Assembly: GCA_963749705.1 (NCBI GenBank)
Contig: CAVVNQ010000003.1
Span: forward strand, 64,001-128,000
Direction of reading: 5' to 3'
Length of the DNA stretch: 64,000 nucleotides
Source of the DNA: an uncultured Chloroflexia bacterium
GTDB taxonomy: Bacteria > Chloroflexota > Limnocylindria > Limnocylindrales > CSP1-4
In this document: in pieces, positions 39,170 to 48,199 of the stretch
Layout: each line of letters begins with the position of its first letter
How positions within the stretch are numbered: the stretch's first letter is position 1
Program-made: the position numbers and the translations under genes
The notes under the pieces: generated by a model
The model's input: the letters and a program-made list of their open reading frames with translations, nothing else
What the model was told of the DNA's origin: nothing
The model's database searches: none

Positions 39170-39943
39170 CTATTTCCCGGACACCACCCTGCCCCTGGCC
39201 AGCTCCCGGTCACCGCCACCGGTGAGGCGCCACGCCCAGCCCGGTCGACCAGGGGATCCGTCGAGCCACACGGCACCGGCCAGCGCCTCAGCGGCCGTCG
39301 CGGGCGTCACGTACTCGAGCCGAACGGAGCGCGGCATCGTCGACACCGCGTCAGCCGCGGGCGCGCCGGCGGCGATCAGCGCCTCCTCGAGGTAGTCGAG
39401 ATATGCCGCGTTGTTGACGTGGCCCATCGGATCCAGGTCCTGCGGCCGCACGAACGTCCGGGCGATCACGGCGCCCGGTGGCGTCGGCGGCAGCGGGACC
39501 CGGCCGGGCTCGAAGGTGCCGGGCGGTACGACGAACGCGCCGGGGAACTCCGACGGGATCCGCGTCGGCAGGCCCCGGTCATCGATCATCACCCAATCCG
39601 TGTGGCCCCACATGACGAGGTCGCCGCCGGGCAGTCGCGCCTCCGTCCGTCGCCGGGCCCAGACCTTCCGGAACCCGATGACGGCCGTGGAGATGTCGAG
39701 CGTCTGTCCGAGCAGGACGGGTTCGAGGATGGCCAGCTCCGCGGCCCTCACGACCCAGGTCAACCCTCGCTCGAGGTACCAGGCCCGGTCGAACCCCATT
39801 CGCTCGGAGTGCACCCACGCGACGTCCTGTGCGTAGCGCAGCAGCGTCGACGACCGGGCGATGCCGTCCGGCCCGCATTCGTCGAACCGGACCCGATACG
39901 GGATGGTCACGCCGCTGACCGGCCGCTCGACAGGTCCGGTCAT
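39170..39943 (-). CDS. Acyl-ACP thioesterase family protein
   Basis: YRVRFDE, DLDPMGHVNNAAY, double hot-dog length. Confidence 0.85.
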   Translation of the reverse strand: MTGPVERPVSGVTIPYRVRFDECGPDGIARSSTLLRYAQDVAWVHSERMGFDRAWYLERGLTWVVRAAELAILEPVLLGQTLDISTAVIGFRKVWARRRTEARLPGGDLVMWGHTDWVMIDDRGLPTRIPSEFPGAFVVPPGTFEPGRVPLPPTPPGAVIARTFVRPQDLDPMGHVNNAAYLDYLEEALIAAGAPAADAVSTMPRSVRLEYVTPATAAEALAGAVWLDGSPGRPGWAWRLTGGGDRELARGRVVSGK

Positions 39944-40629
39944 GCGGGCCGGCGCCCGGCAAGGCGGTCCAGGCCCTCGAGCCCGATCAGCTTCAGACCG
40001 GCCAGCGCCACCGGACCACGCTCCCGGACCAGGCGCACCTCGCACGATCGGCGCGCATCGAAGACCACGAGGCCGACCACCAGCCGTGCATCCTCGTCGG
40101 ACGCGTGCCGGCGGGCGTCGTCCAGCTGGTGGAGCACGTCGGCCTTGATCCCGCGCGCCCCCCACTTGCAGTCCCACGCCTCGGCCGCGGTGTCGTGCTC
40201 GACCGTCACGTCGTAGGGATGGATCTCGGCGGGAACGCCATCGAACAGGATCCGGCGCTCCCGGCGGACGGGCCCGGTCCGCGCGGCCAGGAGGCGCTCC
40301 GTGAGCGCCTCGACGACGGCGCCCCGGTACTGGCTTCGCGTCTGCTCACCCCGGTCGGCGACCTGCAGGGAGACCCCGAGGATCGCATCGGAGCGGTCGC
40401 GGACCGGGTCGCCCGGCGCCGGCGCGGTGGCACCGAACAGGACCGGAAACATGCGGTGCCACTGCGCCGGGTCGGTGGACTCGCCGTTCATCGCGGCGCG
40501 CGCGAGGAGTCGCTGGGTCGTCGTCGCGTCCGCGAGGAGCTCGGCGGCCCGCGCGACCAGCGGATCCGCCTGGATGCGCGCATAGACGATGGCGCGTCCG
40601 TCGGGGCGCGCATCCTGGAATCGCATCAC
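39940..40629 (-). CDS. Hypothetical protein with PD-(D/E)XK-like motif
   Basis: GAVVEAL...PYDVTV...EAWDCKWG; coupled by 4-nt overlaps on both sides. Confidence 0.62.
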   Translation of the reverse strand: MMRFQDARPDGRAIVYARIQADPLVARAAELLADATTTQRLLARAAMNGESTDPAQWHRMFPVLFGATAPAPGDPVRDRSDAILGVSLQVADRGEQTRSQYRGAVVEALTERLLAARTGPVRRERRILFDGVPAEIHPYDVTVEHDTAAEAWDCKWGARGIKADVLHQLDDARRHASDEDARLVVGLVVFDARRSCEVRLVRERGPVALAGLKLIGLEGLDRLAGRRPA

Positions 40630-40931
40630 GACGCCTCGCCAAGCGCGGCCAGGGCGATCTGGGGGCAGGTCGACAACCAGTCGATCGCACGATGCGGGTC
40701 AGCGATCAGGCTCGCCTCGACGGCCAGCGCCTCGATCGCGACCGCGGCGCCGTCCGGAGCGGGGTCGGAGCCGCGGGCCTCACCGACGGCGGCGAGCCGT
40801 GCCCGCCACACCGTCCCGAGGTCGGTGACGTACTGCCACTCGTCGTCGACCGGCTCGGCGGTGGCCGCCAGCGTCGTGAAGGCGTCAAGCGCGCGCTGGA
40901 CAAGGTCGGCGATGCTGAGCTGTTCGGGCAT
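40626..40931 (-). CDS. Small hypothetical protein
   Basis: MPEQLSIADL...DEWQYV...DPHRAIDWLST; GTGA overlap with the next gene. Confidence 0.6.
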   Translation of the reverse strand: MPEQLSIADLVQRALDAFTTLAATAEPVDDEWQYVTDLGTVWRARLAAVGEARGSDPAPDGAAVAIEALAVEASLIADPHRAIDWLSTCPQIALAALGEAS

Positions 40932-40981
40932 GACCGCAGCGTACGACGCGGAGCCCGGCGTCGCTCCCGGGAGCCGCGGCC

Positions 40982-41242
40982 TCAGGCGGGTTCGGTGCTC
41001 GCTGCGAGGCTCGGGCTGGCGTTCGCACGCGCCGAGCTGGCGAGCCGCTGCTGCGCCTCGCGATTCAGCCGCTCGAGCGCGCGTCGACCCTTCTCGTCCC
41101 AGCGCGTCGAGTAGGTTTGCAGCGCGTCGCGACGGACCTTCCAGGCGATCTCGCGCTCGCCGATGTGCTCCAGGCGCGCGACGGTATCGAGCACGGCGCG
41201 ATACAGGTGCGGGAGATCCTCGGCCGGGGTGTGCTCGTCCAC
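40982..41242 (-). CDS. Small helical hypothetical protein
   Basis: AEDLPHLYRAVLD.VARLE...YSTRWD; coding-like codon use. Confidence 0.6.
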   Translation of the reverse strand: MDEHTPAEDLPHLYRAVLDTVARLEHIGEREIAWKVRRDALQTYSTRWDEKGRRALERLNREAQQRLASSARANASPSLAASTEPA

Positions 41243-41404
41243 GAAGCGAAGCGTGCTCCCCGTCGCCGCCGGTTGGAATGGGCGGGTCGTCACGGGTCGT
41301 GGCAGCCATGAGTCCGGGAGGTGCGCGGGTGCACCGGCGTCATGGTTTCCGGCGACGGGCGGCGACGCGGTCGCGCGGGCGACGCGGCGGGCATCGGCGC
41401 CGGC

Positions 41405-41479
41405 AACGGCCCCTCAGTCGCCGCGCTGGAACGGCCCTCAGTCGTCGCGGTGGGAACGGCCCTCAGTCGCCCCGGTGGG
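41405..41479. repeat. Three imperfect 25-bp tandem repeats spanning the acyP stop codon
   Basis: AACGGCCCTCAGTCG... units start at 41405, 41430 and 41455. Confidence 0.8.
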
Positions 41480-41768
41480 CGCCGCTCTCGATGCGGAACC
41501 CGCCCGCGATCCCACGCGCCGGCTCCCAGCGGACGATGACCCGGTCGACGATCGCGGCGGGCGGGCCTTCCTCGAGCCGGACGAGCAGGGCGTCGAGGAT
41601 GGATCGATCGCCCTCGGCGACGACGCGGACGCTGCCGTCGCGCTCGTTCGCGACGAAGCCAGCGAGACCCAGCCGGCCCGCCTCGCGCAACGCGAACACC
41701 CGGTATCCGACTCCCTGGACCCGGCCGACGACGCGGGCGTCCAGCCGGGCACGACGGCTGGCCGTCAT
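41463..41768 (-). CDS. acyP: Acylphosphatase
   Basis: GRVQGVGYR, GFVAN..DGSV, GPPAA.V. Confidence 0.93.
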   Translation of the reverse strand: MTASRRARLDARVVGRVQGVGYRVFALREAGRLGLAGFVANERDGSVRVVAEGDRSILDALLVRLEEGPPAAIVDRVIVRWEPARGIAGGFRIESGAHRGD

Positions 41769-41793
41769 CCCGTCCGTCACGCGCGGCGCCCGC

Positions 41794-43026
41794 TCATGCG
41801 GCCAGGGCCGGCCCGGGCCAGTGGACGAGGAGCACGTCCAGCAGGAGCTCCGGGCTCACGTTCGCGTCCAGCAGCTCGCCCGCGCGCAGGAGCCGGGCAA
41901 GAACCTCCCCGCCGGCCCCCTGCGACCAACCGCGGGCGACGCCCTCGAGCTCCTCGAGCAGGGCGACATCCCGGATCTCCTCGGTCGCGCCGGCCTGCGC
42001 CAGCGCGAGGTCGCGCGCAAGCTCGCGCCAGGCGTCCAGCAGCGTTGCGAGCGCGCGGCGGCGTTCGGCCGCCGGCGCCCGGCCACCCGCGGCGACCGCG
42101 GCCTGGCCCGAGGCCTCCCCGGGGCCGGCACCCTCCGGACCGGCGCCATCCGCGGGTTCCTCGGTCGCAGCGGCGCGGCGCCGAGTGGCGCCACCACCCC
42201 GAGCCCGTCGCGGCGCGTCCTCCGACGGGACGACCGCCGGAGCGGCGAGCAGCGCGGCGAGCTCCGCGGATCGGCTCATCAGGTCCCTTGCGGCATGCAG
42301 TCGTGCCGCGCGACCACGGCCCGAGAGATCCAGCAGCGTCCGCGTGATCTCCCCGCGAATACCCTCGGCGTCCGGAGCCGTCGCGTACGCGACGGCGAGG
42401 CCGGGGCGACCTCCCGCCAGGCGGGCCAGCCGGGCTGCCGTCGGCGCGTCCGCGAGGCCGCGCGATGCCAGCAGCTGCTCGATGTCACGCGCCCCGACCG
42501 TGCCCAGCCGGATGCGCGCGCAGCGCGACCTGACCGTCGGCAGCAATCGCTCCTCGTCGTCGGCGCACAGGATGATGGTCGCGCCGACGGGCGGCTCCTC
42601 GAGCGTCTTGAGGAGCGCGGACTGGGCGTCGTCGTTCATGCGGTGCGCGTCGCGGATGATCGCCAGGCGACCGCCGGCCTCGACGGCAAGCAGCGCCAGC
42701 TGCGAGGCCAGCCAGCGCACGGTCCCGGGCTCCGGGTGGTGGCTGTTGCCGATCCGGACCTGGCCGCCCGGGCCCTCCGGATCGACCCGATGGATGTCGG
42801 GGTGGTTCCCGTGCTCCACCATCCGGCAGCTGCGGCAGGCGCGACACGGCCGGTCCGCTCCGGTCGCGCCGGTGCACAGCAGGCCGGCGGCGAGATCCAG
42901 CGCGAGGGCCTGCTTGCCCACGGACGCCGGACCCGACAGCAGGACGGCGTGAGGCACGTGCGAGCCCAGCATCGCGCGGACGGCCGTGACCGCTGCCGGC
43001 TGGCCTACGGTCAGGAAGCCGTCCAC
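41794..43026 (-). CDS. holB: DNA polymerase III subunit delta'
   Basis: HAVLLSGPASVGK, C..C..C zinc motif, HPD, AQSALLKTLEEP, LPTVRSRC. Confidence 0.85.
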   Translation of the reverse strand: MDGFLTVGQPAAVTAVRAMLGSHVPHAVLLSGPASVGKQALALDLAAGLLCTGATGADRPCRACRSCRMVEHGNHPDIHRVDPEGPGGQVRIGNSHHPEPGTVRWLASQLALLAVEAGGRLAIIRDAHRMNDDAQSALLKTLEEPPVGATIILCADDEERLLPTVRSRCARIRLGTVGARDIEQLLASRGLADAPTAARLARLAGGRPGLAVAYATAPDAEGIRGEITRTLLDLSGRGRAARLHAARDLMSRSAELAALLAAPAVVPSEDAPRRARGGGATRRRAAATEEPADGAGPEGAGPGEASGQAAVAAGGRAPAAERRRALATLLDAWRELARDLALAQAGATEEIRDVALLEELEGVARGWSQGAGGEVLARLLRAGELLDANVSPELLLDVLLVHWPGPALAA

Positions 43027-43054
43027 GTGAGACCTGGGTCGGGCCGAGCCGGGA

Positions 43055-45061
43055 TCAGCCCTCGGCGGGGTCGGCGGCCTTGCGGCGGGTCGTCCGTCGC
43101 TTGGGGGCCTCGGTGGCGGTCGGAGCCTCCGGCGACGCCGTCGCCTCCGCCGCGGGGGCTGCCGCACGGCGGGTCGTCCGTCGCTTGGGCGCCTCGGCGG
43201 ATGCCTCCGCTGCCGTCTCGGCGGTCGCGGCGGCCTTGCGGGTCGTGCGTCGCTTGGGGGCCTCGGTGGCGGTCGGAGCCTCCGGCGACGCCGTCGCCTC
43301 CGCCGCGGGGGCTGCCGCACGGCGGGTCGTCCGTCGCTTGGGCGCCTCGGCGGATGCCTCCGCTGCCGTCTCGGCGGTCGCGGCGGCCTTGCGGGTCGTG
43401 CGTCGCTTGGGGGCCTCGGTGGCGGTCGGAGCCTCGGGCGACGCCGTCGCCTCCGCCGCGGGGGCTGCCTGCGGGCGGCTCTGCGCGAGCTGTGCGCGGA
43501 GGAGCTCCTCGACCTCCGGGGGAACCTCGCTCCACGGTTCGGAGCCGCCACCGCTCCTCGGAGCGCGGTCGAACCGGTCCGGGCGATCCTGGCGCTCGGG
43601 CCGCGGCCCACGCGACGGCTGCTGGGACCGGCCTCCGCCGCCACTGCCGCCACCACGGCGCGTTGGCTGCTCCGTGAAACGGTTGACGCCGGCGCCCCGG
43701 CCGCCTCCGAAGCGCTCCCGCTCGATGGCCGCCGCATAGGCGCTTCGTGCGCCGCCGCGTCCCTGACCGCCGCGTCCCTGACCGCCGCGTCCCTGGCTGC
43801 TGCGACGCTGCTCGGCGATCAGATACTCGGGGATCTCCGGCTCCTCGAAGTCCTCGTCCTCATCGGGGAGCGGCGCAAGATCGCTCGCGGCGGGTCGTGC
43901 CGTCGGGGTCCCGAGCTGGCGATCCCAGACGGAGCCGAACGGCGTGGACCTGGGCGCCGGACGCGAGGGCGCCAGTGATTCGATGTCATCGAACGGCGTC
44001 GGCAGCTCGCCCTCGGCGGACCTGCGAACCGGACGTGCTCGCGTCGAGCGTGCCGCCGGTGCCGGTGCCGCGTCGGGCGCCTCATCCTCGGACGCGACGG
44101 CGGCCTCCGGGCCTACGGCGTCTTCGCCATCCTCGCCGGCCCCGACCTCGAGGCCCTCGCGCCGCCCACGACCGCGGCCGCGCCCACCACGGCGGCGGCG
44201 GCGGCGGTGCCCGTCACCGGCCTCGGTCGGCTGGTCACCGTCGACCGTTTCGAGCGCGTCCTGCTCCTCGACGTCCTCGTCCGTGACCTCGACCGGCGTG
44301 GCGACCGCGACCGCTCGCGACAGCCGCTCACCCGGCAGGGCGACCAGACCCGGTGCGCCGGCAGCTGCCGGGACCGAGGCGGCGGCCGCAGCGGGAGCGG
44401 CCGTGCGGGAGACCCCGCGCGACGAGCGCGAGGCGGCAACGGGCGCTTCGTCGCGCTCCGAGCGTCCGCGGCCACGACCGCGTCCGCGGCCACGACCCGT
44501 GCCCTCGGTGATCTTGTCGGGGACCTCGGTCATCGACAGGTCCTCGTCGTCGTCCGCCACCCGCCGGCCGGAACGCGTGGAGCTCTTGTCGACCTTCGCG
44601 ATCTGGGTGATGTCCATGAACAGGTCCGCGGCCTCGATGAGGTCCGAGGACGTGTTGCCGCGGAAGCTGATGACCTCGACGCGGACGCCCATCTCCTGGA
44701 CCGCGCGGATCGCGGACGCGAAGTCGCCGTCGCCGGACACGATCACCGCGACGTCAAGGTTGCGGGCCGTCTTCATCATGTCGACGACGAGCTCGATGTC
44801 GAGGTTTGCCTTGACCTTGCCGTCGCCGTACTTGCGGATGTCCTTGCTCACCACCTTGTAGCTGTGGCGCGCCAGGAACTGGTGGAAGTTGCGCTGGTTC
44901 TCGTTGTCCGGGTCCAGCCCGGTGTAGGCATACGCCCGGACGAAATCGCGTCCGGCCGTTGCCGACTTCAACAGCGTGACGTAGTCGATGTCCACGCCGG
45001 CCGCCTTGGCCGCGTAGAAGATGTTCGCCACGTCCACGAAGACGGCGACGTTCTTGCCCAC
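43055..45061 (-). CDS. NYN (LabA/DUF88, PIN-like) domain protein with a ~490-aa disordered C-terminal tail
   Basis: VFVDVANI, KANLDIELVVDM, VSGDGDF, GVRVEV, SSDLIEAAD; AGGAG RBS before GTG 45061. Confidence 0.88.
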   Translation of the reverse strand: MGKNVAVFVDVANIFYAAKAAGVDIDYVTLLKSATAGRDFVRAYAYTGLDPDNENQRNFHQFLARHSYKVVSKDIRKYGDGKVKANLDIELVVDMMKTARNLDVAVIVSGDGDFASAIRAVQEMGVRVEVISFRGNTSSDLIEAADLFMDITQIAKVDKSSTRSGRRVADDDEDLSMTEVPDKITEGTGRGRGRGRGRGRSERDEAPVAASRSSRGVSRTAAPAAAAASVPAAAGAPGLVALPGERLSRAVAVATPVEVTDEDVEEQDALETVDGDQPTEAGDGHRRRRRRGGRGRGRGRREGLEVGAGEDGEDAVGPEAAVASEDEAPDAAPAPAARSTRARPVRRSAEGELPTPFDDIESLAPSRPAPRSTPFGSVWDRQLGTPTARPAASDLAPLPDEDEDFEEPEIPEYLIAEQRRSSQGRGGQGRGGQGRGGARSAYAAAIERERFGGGRGAGVNRFTEQPTRRGGGSGGGGRSQQPSRGPRPERQDRPDRFDRAPRSGGGSEPWSEVPPEVEELLRAQLAQSRPQAAPAAEATASPEAPTATEAPKRRTTRKAAATAETAAEASAEAPKRRTTRRAAAPAAEATASPEAPTATEAPKRRTTRKAAATAETAAEASAEAPKRRTTRRAAAPAAEATASPEAPTATEAPKRRTTRRKAADPAEG
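43095..43469. repeat. 153-bp near-perfect tandem repeat (~2.4 copies) encoding PKRRTTR(K/R) units
   Basis: Identical anchor sequence at 43095, 43248 and 43401. Confidence 0.9.
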
Positions 45062-45117
45062 GTTGACTCCTACTGTGGTTTGGCGGCCCGGAGCTTGTCC
45101 GGCCGGTCCAGGGGGCG

Positions 45118-45579
45118 CTAGCTGCGGCGGGCCGTCGAACCGGCCGCCGCGACGGGTCGCCGGAGCGTCGGCCCGGCGGCGAGGAACCCGGCGCGCTCGA
45201 GGCGGGCGAGGTCCTGGGGATCGGAGGGTTGGGCCGCCTCGACCGTCGAGCAGCCCTTGTTGCTCGCGGACCGGAGGATCTCCTCGAGGAGGGCCTCCGT
45301 CACGCGATCTGCGTCGTGGTCCGGAGCGATGACGAGCAGGTCGATGGTCCCGATGTAGCCGCCGGCGACGACCGACGGGCGCAGCACGAGCAGCGCCCCG
45401 CCCGCGATCTCCCGCCGGGCCTCGGCAACGAGCACGCTCGCGTGCGGGAGATAGACGAGCTGGCGGAGGAGGTCGGCGGCATCGAGCGCGCCTCGGTCCG
45501 ATCCCCGGATCGACGTGCCGCCGAGGGCGGCCAGGCGGTCGATGTCGGTGATGCGAGCCTGCCGGATCAGGTACTCCAC
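45118..45579 (-). CDS. GNAT family acetyltransferase-like protein
   Basis: IRQARITDI, VLVAE, GTIDLLVIAP, LERAGF; degenerate motif A. Confidence 0.72.
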   Translation of the reverse strand: MEYLIRQARITDIDRLAALGGTSIRGSDRGALDAADLLRQLVYLPHASVLVAEARREIAGGALLVLRPSVVAGGYIGTIDLLVIAPDHDADRVTEALLEEILRSASNKGCSTVEAAQPSDPQDLARLERAGFLAAGPTLRRPVAAAGSTARRS

Positions 45580-45737
45580 GCCGAAGGACGGACCTCATTG
45601 AGTGTGCGGTCAGTGCGGTTACGCTCCCACCACGACCGTTGTCGGAGGGGGCGGCCACGCCTGCCGCCGGTTAAGGGCCCGGGAGGGCGAGCGACACGAC
45701 GCTCGAGACAGCCAATCCCGGTGCGAACGGCGCCACC

Positions 45738-45765
45738 TTGCATCCACGGCGCCGAGGCCTATGAT
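45738..45765 (+). promoter_or_regulatory. Putative sigma70 promoter of the liv operon
   Basis: TTGCAT-N16-TATGAT. Confidence 0.45.
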
Positions 45766-45925
45766 ACGGCATCGATCCGCGGTGGTTCACATCGGGTCGA
45801 ATGGGTCCCTCGCCCGCGCCTCCGTCACCTTCCTGCCGAGATGTCATTCGGCTAACCGGGACGCGACGCGGGCCGCGCAGCCTTGGCGGCTGGCGGCAAT
45901 GCGAGGGGAGATGGAGGAGGCGTTC

Positions 45926-47173
45926 ATGAAGGTACGCGCGTTCGGCGCATTCGCACTGGCCGCAGGCGTCGTCGTCGCTGCATGCGGCAGCGGCACGTCC
46001 TCTGGCGACAAGACGGTGAAGATCGGTGTCGACCTTCCGCTGTCGGGTGGTGAGGCTCCCAACGGCGAGCCCACGCTCAATGGCATCAAGCTTGCGGTCA
46101 AGCAGGCGAACGATGACGGCGGCGTCAACGGATACAAGATCGAGGTGAGCGTCCAGGATGACGCCGTCAACGGCGTCCACGACCCGCAGCAGGGCGCAAA
46201 GAACGTCACGGCGCTGGCGGCAGACCCCGCGGTCATCGGAATGGTCGGCCCGTACAACTCGAACGTCGGCATTGCCGAGGTCCCCGTGACCAACGAGGCT
46301 GGTCTGCTTCAGTGCAGCCCCGCGAACACGAACCCGGGTATCACCAAGCCTGACTTCGGCGCCCTCGATGTGCGCAAGGCGAACCCGACCAAGATCAACT
46401 ATGTCCGCGTCGCCACGACCGACGACATCCAGGGACCCGCTGGCGCGCAATACGCGTACAACGACCTGGGCAAGCGGAACGTCCTGATCATCGACGACAC
46501 CGAGACCTTCGGCAAGGGTGTCGCGGATGCGTTCGAGGGTGAGTTCGTCAAGCTCGGCGGCACGGTTGCCCAGCACGTCGGACTGCCCAAGTCGACCACC
46601 GACTACACGTCCGCCCTTACGGCGGCCAAGTCGCTCAACCCTGACGTCGTCTACTTCGGCGGCGTGACCACGACCGGCGGCGGCGTCCTGCGCAAGCAGA
46701 TGGCCCAGGCCGGCCTCGGCGACCTCCCGTATGTCGGACCCGACGGCATCGTCGACGGCTCCGGCGCGACGGACGGCTCGTTCATCAACATCGCCGGCGC
46801 GGCGGCGGCCAACTCGTTCGGGACGATCGCGGCGATCCACGACATCCCGAACCCGACCGCGTTCAGCGACGCGTACAAGACTGAGTACAGCAAGGATCCG
46901 GGCGCGTACAGCGCGCCGGCCTACGCCTGCACGCAGATCATCCTCGAAGCTCTCAAGAACGTGACGGCCACGGACGACATGGCTGCGCTTCGCGAGGCCA
47001 TCCGGGCCTACGTGACGGGCGGCAACACGTTCGACACCGTGCTCGGCACCGTCGGCTTCGACGAGAACGGCGACACGACTCAGCACATCATCTCGTTCTA
47101 CGCGACCGACATGTCGCTCGCCGACGGGAAGGGTGACTGGGCGTTCAAGAAGCAGCAGGACTTCGGCAACTAG
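45926..47173 (+). CDS. livK: Branched-chain amino acid ABC transporter substrate-binding lipoprotein
   Basis: Lipobox VAAC, KIGVDLPLSG, GPYNS, SPANTNP, FDENGD. Confidence 0.9.
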   Translation: MKVRAFGAFALAAGVVVAACGSGTSSGDKTVKIGVDLPLSGGEAPNGEPTLNGIKLAVKQANDDGGVNGYKIEVSVQDDAVNGVHDPQQGAKNVTALAADPAVIGMVGPYNSNVGIAEVPVTNEAGLLQCSPANTNPGITKPDFGALDVRKANPTKINYVRVATTDDIQGPAGAQYAYNDLGKRNVLIIDDTETFGKGVADAFEGEFVKLGGTVAQHVGLPKSTTDYTSALTAAKSLNPDVVYFGGVTTTGGGVLRKQMAQAGLGDLPYVGPDGIVDGSGATDGSFINIAGAAAANSFGTIAAIHDIPNPTAFSDAYKTEYSKDPGAYSAPAYACTQIILEALKNVTATDDMAALREAIRAYVTGGNTFDTVLGTVGFDENGDTTQHIISFYATDMSLADGKGDWAFKKQQDFGN

Positions 47174-47185
47174 CCGAGGCTCGCG

Positions 47186-47219
47186 CGAAGGGCCGGGGAG
47201 GTTCCTCCCCGGCCCTTCG
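47186..47219 (+). terminator. Strong hairpin after livK (terminator or mRNA stabiliser)
   Basis: CGAAGGGCCGGGGAG-GTTC-CTCCCCGGCCCTTCG; no U-tract. Confidence 0.65.
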
Positions 47220-47272
47220 GCAATCTCCGGAGGTTCCGTTCGGGATCGAGTCGTGGAGGAGTCTGGCTGGCG

Positions 47273-48199
47273 ATGGACATTCCGACGGTCACCCAGCAGT
47301 TCATCAACGCCCTCACGCTGGGGTCGATCTATGCGCTGATCGCCCTGGGCTACACGATGGTCTACGGGATCATCGAGCTGATCAACTTCGCCCATGGCGA
47401 CGTGTTCATGGTCGGCGCCTTCGTGGCGATGTGGCTGCTCACGATCCCGCTCGGACTGACAGGCGCCCTCAACGACCCGGTGCAGCTCGCGCTGGTGCTC
47501 GTGCCGGTCCTGCTGGTGACCATGCTCGTGATGGGCCTGGTGGGCGTCGCGATCGAGCGGTTCGCCTACCGGCCGCTCCGCTCGGCACCGAGGCTCGCGC
47601 CGCTGATCACGGCGATCGGCGTGTCGTTCATCCTCCAGAACATCATCCAGGTGCTGTTCGGGCCCTCACCCCGGAACGTGCCGCAGGTGATCAGCTTCGA
47701 CAACCGGTTCGAGGTGCTGGGCGCCAACATCTCCTACCTGAGCATCATGATCCTGATCCTGACGATCAGCCTCATCGTCGGGCTCCAGCTGTTCATCAAC
47801 AGGACCAGCCTCGGCCGGGCGATGCGCTCCACGGCGCAGGATCGAGAGGCGGCCGCGCTGATGGGGGTTGACATCAACCGAACCATCGCCGCCACGTTCT
47901 TCATCGGCTCCGCCCTCGCGGGTGCCGCCGGCCTCGTCCATGGCCTGTACTTCGGCAGCATCATCTTCAACCTCGGGTTCTTCGCCGGGCTCAAGGCGTT
48001 CACCGCCGCGGTCCTGGGCGGGATCGGCAACACGACCGGAGCGGCCCTGGGCGGCTTCCTGATCGGGTTCGTCGAGGTCGGGGCCGCAGCCGCGGGCTAC
48101 GCCCGATGGTCCGAGGCCATGATCTTCGGGGTCCTGGTCATCGTCCTCGTGTTCCGCCCGACCGGCCTCCTGGGCCAGCAGCTCGGAGAGCGGGCATGA
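47273..48199 (+). CDS. livH: BCAA ABC permease
   Basis: GSIYALIALGYTMVYGIIELINFAHG, GLKAFTAAVLGGIG. Confidence 0.95.
   Translation: MDIPTVTQQFINALTLGSIYALIALGYTMVYGIIELINFAHGDVFMVGAFVAMWLLTIPLGLTGALNDPVQLALVLVPVLLVTMLVMGLVGVAIERFAYRPLRSAPRLAPLITAIGVSFILQNIIQVLFGPSPRNVPQVISFDNRFEVLGANISYLSIMILILTISLIVGLQLFINRTSLGRAMRSTAQDREAAALMGVDINRTIAATFFIGSALAGAAGLVHGLYFGSIIFNLGFFAGLKAFTAAVLGGIGNTTGAALGGFLIGFVEVGAAAAGYARWSEAMIFGVLVIVLVFRPTGLLGQQLGERA

Noticed and set aside
43095-43469. Long repeats as a possible CRISPR array
   Set aside because: Contiguous in-frame 153-bp coding repeats with no unique spacers and no cas genes
40105-43677. Very long ORF-track entries (1190 aa here; also 54576-57896, 28647-31493, 58854-61037)
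   Set aside because: Antisense or off-frame shadows of real genes; Arg/Pro/Ala-rich translations are expected in high-GC DNA with few stops
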